Source: an uncultured Chloroflexia bacterium (GTDB lineage Bacteria; Chloroflexota; Limnocylindria; Limnocylindrales; CSP1-4). Taken from it: DNA of 64,000 nt. The DNA is taken from positions 1,935,032-1,999,031 of the forward strand of contig CAVPYV010000001.1 of assembly GCA_963710105.1 (NCBI GenBank). Direction: 5' to 3'. The notes under the pieces were generated by a model. The model did not search any database and was not told the DNA's origin. It saw only the letters and a list, made by a program, of their open reading frames with translations. The position numbers and the translations under genes are program-made. Below are positions 9,994 through 18,280 of the stretch, one piece after another; the stretch's first letter is position 1; each line of letters begins with the position of its first letter.

Positions 9994-12201
9994 CTAGCGG
10001 ATGAAGAGCGGGGCGAGGACCAGGGTGATCGTCGCCAGGAGCTTGACGAGGACGTGGAGCGACGGCCCGGCGGTGTCCTTGAACGGGTCGCCGACCGTGT
10101 CGCCGACGACGGCCGCGGCGTGGGCGTCGGAGCCCTTGCCGAGGATGCCGCCCGAGACGTCCTTCAGGTTGCCCGACTCGATGTACTTCTTCGCGTTGTC
10201 CCACGCCCCGCCGCCGTTGTTGAGGACGGTCGCGAGGAGGACGCCGGCGATCGTGCCGACCATGAGCATCCCGGCGACGGCCTCGGCCCCGAGGAGGAGC
10301 CCGACGACGATCGGGGTGGCCACGGCGACGACGCCCGGGGCGATCATCTCGCGCAGGGCGGCGCGGGTCGTGATGTCGACGACCCGGGCGTAGTCCGGGC
10401 GCTGGGTGTAGTCCATGATCCCGGGCATCTCGCGGAACTGGCGGCGGACCTCGACGATGATCGCCTGGGCCGTCGTGCCGACGGCGCGGATCGCGAGCGA
10501 CGAGAAGAAATAGACGAGCATCGCGCCCATCAGCCCGGCGATGAAGACGTTGACGTTGGCGAGGTTGACCGAGGTCAGGAGCGCCTCGCCGCGGTTCGCG
10601 TGGATCAGGTTGACCTTGTCGATGTAGGCGCTGAACAGGAGGAACGCGGCCAGCGACGCCGAGGCGATCGCGTAACCCTTCGTGAGGGCCTTGGTCGTGT
10701 TGCCGACGGCGTCGAGGCGGTCGGTGATCTCGCGGGCGCCTGCCTCGGCCCGGCTGAACTCGGCGATGCCGCCGGCGTTGTCGGTGATCGGTCCGAAGGT
10801 GTCCATCGCCAGGATGTAGGCGGTGGTCATCAGCATGCCCATCGTGGCGACGGCCGTCCCGAAGATGCCGCCGACGTCCTTGCCGTCGGCGTTGGTGATG
10901 TGCGCCTCCGAGCCCAGCCAGTGGCTGGCGAAGAGGGCGATGCCGATCGTGATCGCGGTGACGAAGGTCGTCTCGAAGCCGACCGCGACGCCCGAGATGA
11001 TGTTCGTCGCGGGACCGGTCCGCGACGCCTCGGCGATCTCGCGCACCGGCCGGAACGTGCCGGCGGTGTAGTACTGGGTGATGTAGACGAAGGCGACGCT
11101 CGTGGCCAGGCCGACGACGCCGGCGGCGAAGTAGTAGACCCAGACGGGGATGCCCGACGGGGCGTTGCCGTTGGTCTGGAGCATCACGTTCGTGACGAGG
11201 AGGAGCGCCGCCGCCGACAGGATCGTCGTGACCCAGTAGCCGCGGTTGAGCATGTTCATCGGGTTCTCGTCCTCGCGACCGCGGACGAAGAAGATCGCGA
11301 CGATCGTGGACAGGAGGCCGAAGGCGCGGACGACGAGCGGGAAGAAGATCCAGGCGGTGGGGTTCGGCCAGCCCTGGGCCAGGGCGATCGCGTAGACGCC
11401 GACGCCGAGGATCATCGCCCCGATGTTCTCGGCCGCGGTCGACTCGAAGAGGTCGGCGCCGCGGCCGGCGCAGTCGCCGACGTTGTCGCCGACGAGGTCG
11501 GCCACGACGCCCGCGTTGCGCGGATCGTCCTCCGGGATGCCCTTCTCGACCTTCCCGACGAGGTCCGAGCCGACGTCGGCGGCCTTCGTGTAGATCCCGC
11601 CGCCGAGCTGGGCGAAGAGGGCGACGAACGAGGCGCCGAAGCCGAAGCCGACGATCAGGAACGGGGCGTCATGGGTGGCCTGCCCGCCGCCGAGGCCGCC
11701 GAAGAGGCTGAAGATCCCGTACACGCCGAGCAGCGACAGGGCGACCACGAGGAAGCCCGACACGGCCCCGCCGCGCATCGCGACCTGGACCGCCTCGACG
11801 AGGCTGCGGCGGGCGGCCGCGGCCGTCCGGACGTTCGACTTCACGCTGATGAACATCCCGATGATCCCCGACGCCATCGAGCACGCCGCGCCGACGATGA
11901 ACGCCAGGCCGGTCCGCCAGCCGAGGTCGATGCCGAACGTCTTCGTGTCGGCGACCTTCTCGGTCTCGAAGATCGTGATCACGCCGGCGATGACGAAGGC
12001 ACCGACGACGGCCAGGATGCCGATCGTCGTGTACTGGCGGCGAATGAAGGCGACCGCGCCCTCGAAGATCGTCCCGGCGACGTCTTCCATCTCCTTCGTC
12101 CCGGTGTCGCGCGACAGGACGTCGCGGGCCAGATAGAGGGCGAACAGCACGGCGACGATGCCGGCCGGCAGGATGATCAGCTGGAGCGTGTCTGCGCTCA
12201 T
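9994..12201 (-). CDS. hppA: Membrane-bound proton-translocating pyrophosphatase, K+-independent type
   Basis: GGGIYTKAADVGSDLVGKVE, DNVGDCAGRGADLFES, GDTVGDPFKDTAGPSL; the AVGNTTKALTKGYAI motif carries the Lys variant. Start trimmed to MSADTLQL (ATG 12201), with GGAGGA upstream. Confidence 0.95.
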   Translation of the reverse strand: MSADTLQLIILPAGIVAVLFALYLARDVLSRDTGTKEMEDVAGTIFEGAVAFIRRQYTTIGILAVVGAFVIAGVITIFETEKVADTKTFGIDLGWRTGLAFIVGAACSMASGIIGMFISVKSNVRTAAAARRSLVEAVQVAMRGGAVSGFLVVALSLLGVYGIFSLFGGLGGGQATHDAPFLIVGFGFGASFVALFAQLGGGIYTKAADVGSDLVGKVEKGIPEDDPRNAGVVADLVGDNVGDCAGRGADLFESTAAENIGAMILGVGVYAIALAQGWPNPTAWIFFPLVVRAFGLLSTIVAIFFVRGREDENPMNMLNRGYWVTTILSAAALLLVTNVMLQTNGNAPSGIPVWVYYFAAGVVGLATSVAFVYITQYYTAGTFRPVREIAEASRTGPATNIISGVAVGFETTFVTAITIGIALFASHWLGSEAHITNADGKDVGGIFGTAVATMGMLMTTAYILAMDTFGPITDNAGGIAEFSRAEAGAREITDRLDAVGNTTKALTKGYAIASASLAAFLLFSAYIDKVNLIHANRGEALLTSVNLANVNVFIAGLMGAMLVYFFSSLAIRAVGTTAQAIIVEVRRQFREMPGIMDYTQRPDYARVVDITTRAALREMIAPGVVAVATPIVVGLLLGAEAVAGMLMVGTIAGVLLATVLNNGGGAWDNAKKYIESGNLKDVSGGILGKGSDAHAAAVVGDTVGDPFKDTAGPSLHVLVKLLATITLVLAPLFIR

Positions 12202-12549
12202 CAGGGTTTCGGGGTCCTCCACTCTCCACTGGGGCACCGGACCACGGGTCGCGCGGCGGTATCCGCGGGTCGACCGGGGAACGGGGCAGCCCGCAGGCGA
12301 ACTCGGCGGGCGGGGCCGCGGGGAGTGTAGCAAAGCGGGCAGCCCCGCCGCCACACGAGCGGCGGACGGGACGGCGCGGACGCGCGGCCAGGGGCGGCGC
12401 CGGAGCCGCGGACGGGGAGCGGCCGCGAGCTCCGCCGAGCGACGCGAGCTCCGCTGAGCAGGCAAGCCGGGGCGCCGGCGAGAGCGCTACGGCGGCCCCG
12501 CCGATCGTCCCGGAGACCGGATCGCGCCGGACCCCTATCCTTCAGCGCT

Positions 12550-13215
12550 GTGACCAACCGACGAGCCCTCGGCTGTCTGCTGGAGATCGTCGAGACGGTC
12601 GTCCTGACGCTGGTCCTGTTCTGGGTGATCCAGTCGTTCGTCGCCCAGCCGTTCCAGGTCCAGCAGTTCTCGATGCAGAACACGATCCAGGACGGCCAGT
12701 TCGTGCTCGTCGATCGGCTGACCCCGCGGTTCGACGGATACCACCGCGGCGACATCGTCGTGTTCACCCCGCCGGCGAACGCCGAGTCGCCCGACCAGAA
12801 GCCATTCATCAAGCGCGTCATCGGCATCGCCGGGGACACGATCTCCGTTCGCGACGGGCGGGTCCTGGTGAACGGCATCGCCCTCGTCGAGCCATACGTG
12901 TTCCGGTCCGAGGGCGTGGCCCAGGCGACGCAGCCGGACGGCGACGTGGACACCTGGACGGTCGGGCCGGGCGAGCTCTTCGTCATGGGCGACCACCGCG
13001 CCCGATCGTCCAATTCGCGCCTGTTCGGCCCGATCAAGGTCGACTCCGTGATCGGCCGGGCCTGGCTTCGCTACTGGCCGCTCGACGCGTTCGAGGTGCT
13101 GCCGACGGCGACCCACCCCGAGCTCGCCAGCCCCAGCCCTTCGGGGTCTGACGCGTCCGGGTCGGCCGCGCCGGGAAGCCCGTCGGCGCGGCCGGCGGCG
13201 ACCGCGAAGCCCTGA
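12550..13215 (+). CDS. lepB: Signal peptidase I (copy 1)
   Basis: N-terminal TM segment, catalytic Ser box FQVQQFSMQNT, Lys box KRVIGIAGD, GDHRARSSNSR box. GTG start. Confidence 0.9.
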   Translation: MTNRRALGCLLEIVETVVLTLVLFWVIQSFVAQPFQVQQFSMQNTIQDGQFVLVDRLTPRFDGYHRGDIVVFTPPANAESPDQKPFIKRVIGIAGDTISVRDGRVLVNGIALVEPYVFRSEGVAQATQPDGDVDTWTVGPGELFVMGDHRARSSNSRLFGPIKVDSVIGRAWLRYWPLDAFEVLPTATHPELASPSPSGSDASGSAAPGSPSARPAATAKP

Positions 13216-13305
13216 GCCGAGCGGCCCGTCCCGCCGGGCGTCCGGGGTCCTCCCCGCCCGACGACCCTATACTGCCGGACTTGTGACCACCCTGACCCCC
13301 ACGAC

Positions 13306-13899
13306 GTGACCCGGAAGCCCGCGCTCGGGTGCCTCCTGGAGATCGTCGAGACCCTCGTCCTGACCCTGATCATCTTCTGGGTCATCCAGTCGTTCGTCGC
13401 CCAGCCGTTCCGCGTTCAACAGCAGTCGATGGAGCACACGCTCGAGCCGGACCAGTACGTCCTCGTCGACAAGCTCACGCCGCGGTTCGACCCCTACAAG
13501 CACGGCGACATCGTCGTGTTCAACCCGCCCGACACGTGGGTTGCCTCGAACGGCCAGCCGTACATCAAGCGGGTGATCGGCGTCGGCGGCGACAAGATCG
13601 ACATCCACGACGGCTCCGTCTTCGTCAACGGGACGAAGCTCGTCGAGCCGTACGTCTTCGAGGAGAACGGCCAGCCGCAGCCGACCGAGACGTTCGGCGG
13701 GGTCGACAGCTGGGTCGTGCCCCCCGGCCAGCTCTTCCTGATGGGCGATCACCGCGGCAACTCGGCCAATTCCCGCGAGGGCGGCACGGTCGACCTGTCG
13801 CAGGTCATCGGCCGGGCCTGGCTCCGGTACTGGCCGGTCGACTCGTTCGAGATCCTGCCGACCCCGACGCATCCGGAGCTCGCGACTCCCGCGCCGTGA
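13306..13899 (+). CDS. lepB: Signal peptidase I (copy 2, tandem paralogue)
   Basis: The same boxes are present (FRVQQQSMEHT, KRVIGVGGD, GDHRGNSANSR). The N-terminal 40 aa are nearly identical to copy 1. Confidence 0.9.
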   Translation: MTRKPALGCLLEIVETLVLTLIIFWVIQSFVAQPFRVQQQSMEHTLEPDQYVLVDKLTPRFDPYKHGDIVVFNPPDTWVASNGQPYIKRVIGVGGDKIDIHDGSVFVNGTKLVEPYVFEENGQPQPTETFGGVDSWVVPPGQLFLMGDHRGNSANSREGGTVDLSQVIGRAWLRYWPVDSFEILPTPTHPELATPAP

Positions 13900-13924
13900 T
13901 CAGCCGCGCCCGGCCCCGTTCGGC

Positions 13925-15004
13925 GTGAACCCGGCCCTGGCGGCGATCGCCGCGATCACGATCGCCGGCGCCGTCCTCGCCGTCTCCGCCCGCGACGTCC
14001 GGGCGACCCTGCTCGGCCTGCTCGTCGTCCTCCTCGGCGCGCCCCTCGTCACCGCCCCGTGGCCCGATCCCCTCTCGGTCCTCGCCCGGATCGCCGCCAC
14101 GCTCCTCGCCGTGCGACTTGTCTCGATCAGCCTGCGCGGTGACCTCACGACGAACGGAACCCGGATCGGCTGGCCGGCCGAGGCGCTGCTCGCGGGCTCC
14201 GCGGCCGTCGTCGGCTTCGGCAGCCACGGCCTGGGGGCGGCGCCGCTCGGCCCGGCCGAGGCGCAGGCCACCGGCTTCGCCCTGGTCGTGCTTGCCGTCG
14301 CGCCGCTGTTCGCCGGCCGCGACGCCATGCGGCTCTCGGTCGGCGCCCTCCTCCTGCTCGTCGGGGCCACGGCGATCCGGACGGCCCTCGACGCGCCGGC
14401 GAGCCAGGCCGAGCAGCTCGTCGGCGCCCTGCTCACGATCGCCCTCGGCGGCGCGATCGCCGTGATCGTCGTCGCCGCCCGCGCGGCCGGTGGGCTGGCC
14501 GCGGTCGATGCGGCCACGATCGGGCCGGCAGCCGTGCGACCGCCCGACGCCCATCGGCCCGCCGAGCGGGCGCCGCGAACCGCCACCTCGCGACGCGCCC
14601 CGGCGCCGGCGGTCGCGAGGGCGGGCGCCGGTTCGGCCGCGCCGCGATCCGGTTCGGCCGCGTCGCGATCCGGTTCGGCCGCGCCGGGATCCGCGCCAAC
14701 CGAGCCGCCCGCCCCCGGAGCCCGGGGACCGCGGCGCCCACCTCCGGAGCCTGTCCGTCCGACCGCTCCCGAGCCGGCCCGGGTCCGACCCGCGCCGGTC
14801 GCGCAGCCCGGGCTGTGGGGTCAGCTGCCTGTCGAGCCCGACGCACCCGATCCTCCGACCGAGCGCCTGCCCGAAGCGACCGCCACCACGCCGACGGCGG
14901 AGCCGAGCCCCGGCGCGGCCGTCGAGCCGCGCCCGACCCGGCCCGCCCGCGCCGCGCGCTCGACCCGCCGCAAGCCGGGCCCGACGCCGGAGGACCGGCC
15001 GTGA
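13925..15004 (+). CDS. Polytopic membrane protein with Pro/Ala/Arg-rich C-terminal tail, function unknown
   Basis: About 6 hydrophobic segments in the first 200 aa, then a low-complexity tail (RSGSAASRSGSAAPGSAP...). The stop overlaps the next gene's start (GTGA at 15001-15004). Confidence 0.5.
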   Translation: MNPALAAIAAITIAGAVLAVSARDVRATLLGLLVVLLGAPLVTAPWPDPLSVLARIAATLLAVRLVSISLRGDLTTNGTRIGWPAEALLAGSAAVVGFGSHGLGAAPLGPAEAQATGFALVVLAVAPLFAGRDAMRLSVGALLLLVGATAIRTALDAPASQAEQLVGALLTIALGGAIAVIVVAARAAGGLAAVDAATIGPAAVRPPDAHRPAERAPRTATSRRAPAPAVARAGAGSAAPRSGSAASRSGSAAPGSAPTEPPAPGARGPRRPPPEPVRPTAPEPARVRPAPVAQPGLWGQLPVEPDAPDPPTERLPEATATTPTAEPSPGAAVEPRPTRPARAARSTRRKPGPTPEDRP

Positions 15005-16620
15005 CCGTCCTGCCGTTCGTGATCGTCGCCGCGGCGGCCGGGACGGCCGCGCTCGTCGTCCGTGCCCACCGCGGGTGGTCGACCCTGATCGCGCTCGCGG
15101 GCCTCGCCGCGATGATCGCCGTCGCGGCCTCGATCGACCCCCGGGCCGCCATCCGGATCGGCGGCACGACCCTCGCCGCGTCGGAGTGGCTGCGTCTCTA
15201 CGCCCTCCTCGGCAGCGTCGTCGGGCTGCTCCTCGTCGCGGTCGACGCGTCGGCGATCCACGAGCCGGACGTTCCCGGCATCGTGGTCCTCGGCCTGGGG
15301 GCCGCCGTCCTCGCCCTTGCCCTGCCCGATCCCGGGATCGCCGTCCTCGCCGCCACGGCCGGCGGTCTTGCCGGGATCCTCGTCGCGGCCCCGGTCGGGG
15401 CGGCCGCCCGGGCTGCGTCCGTCGGCATCCGCGAGCTGCGGGCGATCGCCGTCGCCGGGACGCTCGCGATCGTCGCCACCGCGTGGCTCGCCCGGCCGCT
15501 CGACGACCTCGTGGCGGCGCCCGAGGTGTTCGGCCTGGCCTACCTCGCGTTCGCGGTCGCGGTCGCGATCCGCTTCGGCGCCATCCCCTTCCACCTCTGG
15601 GCGGCCCGCGTCGCCGACGCGGCTCCGGGCGTCGCCCTGCCGCTCCTCATGGCCTGGGGCCCGGCCGCCCTCGCCGCGGTTGCCCTGACCTGGGTCGACC
15701 AGGCCGTCGCCCCGCTCGCCCTGCCGCTCGCCAACGAGCGGACGCTGATCGCCGCCATCGGCGCCGCCAGCGTCGTGCTCGGGATCGTCGCCGCCCTGAT
15801 CCAGGACGACCTCGAGCACGTCGTCGGCTACACGATCGTCGCCGACGCCGGGTTCGTCGTCCTCGCCCTCGCCGGGCTCGACCCCGGTGTCTGGGAGTCG
15901 AGCCGGACCTGGCTCCTGGTCTTCGTCGTCGGCCGGAGCGCGTTCGCCGCGTGGGCGGTGGCGATCCACGGCGGATACGGGACGCGGCGCCTGCCGGACC
16001 TCGCCGGCTGGGCCCGGCGGACCCCGCTGCTGGCCGTCGCCCTGGCGGTCGGCTCTGTCGCGGCGATCGGCTGGCCCGGGCTCGTGGCCTGGGAGGCACG
16101 GGCGACGCTCGCCCGGTTCGCCCTGCCGGACGTGGTCTCCAGTCTCGTCGCCATCGCCCCCGTCGCGGCGGCGGCGATCTACATCCGGATCCTGTGGATC
16201 GGCGTCCAGCGGCCCGGGCCGGCGGTCCGGGCCGGATCCGGCGAGCGACCCGGCTGGCCGATCCGCTGGCCGCACCGGCCGATGGTCGGGCTGGGCACGA
16301 CCGAGCGCCTGTTCGAGCGGGCGGCCCACGCCTTCGCCGGGCTGCTCGACCAGCTGTGGGCGCTGCCGGCGGCGGCCCGCCTGAACCGCGTCCCGCTCGC
16401 GTCGGTGGCGGTCCTCGCCCTGGCCGTCCTGGCCTTCGCCGTCGGGGGCGGCGGCCTCGGCGTGCCCGAGGCGGCGGCCGCGGTTCCGGTCATCGGCGGA
16501 CCCGCCAGCGACGGCGGGGTGGCGCCCTCCGCCGGGCCGGATGGCGGGCAGCCCGGGGAGACACCGGGCATCACGTTCCAGCCGGTCGGCGGGTCGGCGG
16601 CGCCGGACGAGGCCAACTGA
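15001..16620 (+). CDS. Divergent complex I subunit N/M / MrpD-like (antiporter-type) membrane protein
   Basis: [21 protein letters not shown] and [20 protein letters not shown] align to the K-x-G-x2-PFH-x-W-x-PD and L-x-Q-x-D-x-KR-x-x-AYSS boxes of the proton-antiporter family, but key residues are replaced. About 14 TM segments. GTG 15001 chosen as start. Confidence 0.6.
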   Translation: MTVLPFVIVAAAAGTAALVVRAHRGWSTLIALAGLAAMIAVAASIDPRAAIRIGGTTLAASEWLRLYALLGSVVGLLLVAVDASAIHEPDVPGIVVLGLGAAVLALALPDPGIAVLAATAGGLAGILVAAPVGAAARAASVGIRELRAIAVAGTLAIVATAWLARPLDDLVAAPEVFGLAYLAFAVAVAIRFGAIPFHLWAARVADAAPGVALPLLMAWGPAALAAVALTWVDQAVAPLALPLANERTLIAAIGAASVVLGIVAALIQDDLEHVVGYTIVADAGFVVLALAGLDPGVWESSRTWLLVFVVGRSAFAAWAVAIHGGYGTRRLPDLAGWARRTPLLAVALAVGSVAAIGWPGLVAWEARATLARFALPDVVSSLVAIAPVAAAAIYIRILWIGVQRPGPAVRAGSGERPGWPIRWPHRPMVGLGTTERLFERAAHAFAGLLDQLWALPAAARLNRVPLASVAVLALAVLAFAVGGGGLGVPEAAAAVPVIGGPASDGGVAPSAGPDGGQPGETPGITFQPVGGSAAPDEAN

Positions 16621-16666
16621 GGGCGGGGTTCCCCCGCGTCGGGCGCGACCCGACGACGGACCCGGC

Positions 16667-17129
16667 CTACTCCTCCGGAGCGAGGACCCAGCGGTCGATC
16701 TCGCGCTCGTAGGCGTGAAGCTCGGCTGCCGCGAACCACAGCTCGATCTCGGCGGCGGCGCTCTCGGGGCTGTCCGAGGCGTGGACGAGGTTCTGGGCGG
16801 TCTCGAGGGCGAAGTCGCCGCGGATCGATCCGGGCGCCGCCTCGTGGGGGCGGGTCGCCCCGTTCATCGCCCGGACGACGGCGATGGCGTTGGGACCCTC
16901 GAGGACCGCCGCGACGAGCGGGGCGCTCGTGATGAACTCGACGAGGCCGCGGAAGAACGGCTTCTCGCGATGGACCGCGTAGTGGCGCTCGGCCAGGTCC
17001 GAAATCGACCTGGATCAGCTTCAGCGCGACGAGCTTCAGGCCGCGGTCCTCGTAGCGGGCGAGGATCCGCCCGGTCAGGAGGCGCTGGACGCCGTCAGGC
17101 TTGATGAGGACGAGGGTGCGTTCGTTCAC
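16667..17129 (-). pseudogene. ndk: Nucleoside diphosphate kinase, reading frame broken by one extra nucleotide
   Basis: The N-terminal part [42 protein letters not shown] is in one frame. [50 protein letters not shown]...NLVHASDS is in the +1 frame. The switch must lie inside TCCAGGTCGATTTCGGAC, at the T3 run (plus-strand AAA 17002-17004). Confidence 0.85.
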
Positions 17130-18280
17130 GGGGTCTCCTGGTCGGGGCTGGGGGATTGCCGATCGGGGTGCTGGTCGTCGGGGTCGCCACCGTCGCCGGG
17201 TCCGTCACCGTCGTCGGGGTTGCCGTCGTCGGGGTGGCCGTCGTCGGGGTGGCCGTCGTGGTCGCCGTCGTCGGGGTGGTCTTCGTCGGCCTCGCCGGGG
17301 CCGGCCTCCTCGCCGCTGCCGGGCTCGTCCCCGCCGCCGGGTTCGGGTGCGGGCTCGGCGTTCACCTCGTCCGCCGCGGCAAGGCCGCCGGCCGCCACCG
17401 CGTGGTCGCGGACCGCCTCCAGCTCACGCCCGACGATCCGCTGGGCGTCGCCCCGGACGAGGGCCAGGATCGGCTCGCCCCGGCCGGCGAGGAGGTCGAG
17501 GACGGCGGGCGCCAGGCTGGGCGAGGCGCGGAGGGCGAGGATCAGGCCCGTCGCGGCCTCGGCCTGGGCCCCGGCCTCGAGCGCCGTCCGAGCCCGGTGG
17601 AACAGCGCCGTCGGATCGAGGTCGTCGTCCGCGGCGGCAACCGCGCCCGCCGCATCGTCGCCCCACAGGCTCGGCCCGTTGGCGATCGCCGCCGGCAGGC
17701 TCGGCTCGAACGGCTCGGCCGGATGGCTGCCGGGCCCATCGGCCGTCGCGTCGCCTTCGCCGCCGGTCGCCCACGCCGGCAGCGGCGCCAGGGCCTGCGG
17801 CCCGGGGTGGAGGTCGTCGAACAGCACGCCGACCGGGCCGACCGCCGCGCCCGGCTCGACCGGCCAGATCGCGCTCCGCTGCATCCCGGCGAAGACCGGG
17901 TCGAGCGACCCGTTGGCGCGCTCGATCGCCCGCCCGGCGAGACGGCGCGCTTCGCCCGGCCGGCCGAGCGCCGCCTGCGCCTCGGCCGCGATGACGAGCC
18001 CCAGGATGTCGTCGGGCCGGCTCTCCAGCCAGGCGGCCGCCGCCTCCCCCGCCCCGGCGAGGTCGCCCGTCCGCCAGCGCGCCTCCGCCAGATCGCGGAT
18101 CGCGTCGTCGTCGAGGAGGCCCCGGCCGGCGAGCGTCTCCAGCTCCGTCCGGGCCAGGCTGAGCGACCCGAGCAGCAGGTGGACCCGGGCGAGAGCGAGG
18201 TCCGGGTCGCGCTGGGCTCCCGTCGGAGCCGCACCGGCGCCCGGGCCGGGCGGCCCGGGGAAGACCGAGGGCGTGGTCAT
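17126..18280 (-). CDS. TPR-like helical repeat protein with acidic His/Asp/Pro/Gly-rich C-terminal tail
   Basis: Start set at MTTPSVFPG (ATG 18280), overlapping the M16 peptidase stop (ATGA). The stop overlaps the ndk start. Tail: [38 protein letters not shown]. Confidence 0.6.
   Translation of the reverse strand: MTTPSVFPGPPGPGAGAAPTGAQRDPDLALARVHLLLGSLSLARTELETLAGRGLLDDDAIRDLAEARWRTGDLAGAGEAAAAWLESRPDDILGLVIAAEAQAALGRPGEARRLAGRAIERANGSLDPVFAGMQRSAIWPVEPGAAVGPVGVLFDDLHPGPQALAPLPAWATGGEGDATADGPGSHPAEPFEPSLPAAIANGPSLWGDDAAGAVAAADDDLDPTALFHRARTALEAGAQAEAATGLILALRASPSLAPAVLDLLAGRGEPILALVRGDAQRIVGRELEAVRDHAVAAGGLAAADEVNAEPAPEPGGGDEPGSGEEAGPGEADEDHPDDGDHDGHPDDGHPDDGNPDDGDGPGDGGDPDDQHPDRQSPSPDQETP

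Noticed and set aside
8602-12330. 1242-aa plus-strand ORF, with similar giants at 44825..47755, 54602..59584, 4372..6321 and 920..2371
   Set aside because: All lie antisense to genes with unmistakable family motifs (argR/uppP/hppA, cphA, lhr, serS, the ABC genes). Their translations are monotonous Arg/Asp/Gly/Glu/Pro strings with no motifs. Stop-free antisense frames are typical of very GC-rich DNA.
12202-12549. Small ORF (99 aa, 12158..12457) or riboswitch in the long hppA-lepB intergenic region
   Set aside because: The ORF translation is Arg/Gly-rich with no coding signature, and no known riboswitch core was recognised. It is kept only as a low-interest note under the hppA finding.
13925-15004. 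Calling the 359-aa membrane protein NuoJ/NuoK/HyfE
   Set aside because: There is only a vague resemblance in hydrophobic periodicity and no diagnostic motif that I could verify by eye. It is left as unknown.
16990-17015. Programmed +1 ribosomal frameshift in ndk
   Set aside because: I see no recognisable slippery or stall context (no in-frame stop or rare-codon pause as in prfB-type sites, no upstream SD-like stimulator). A second unrelated +1 insertion in the window makes an indel or error the simpler explanation.
16179-17129. 316-aa ORF starting with the NDK N-terminus
   Set aside because: After residue 42 or so it becomes Arg/Pro/Gly nonsense, while the true NDK continuation is in the adjacent frame. 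It is treated as a run-on of the frameshifted ndk, not as a novel fusion protein.
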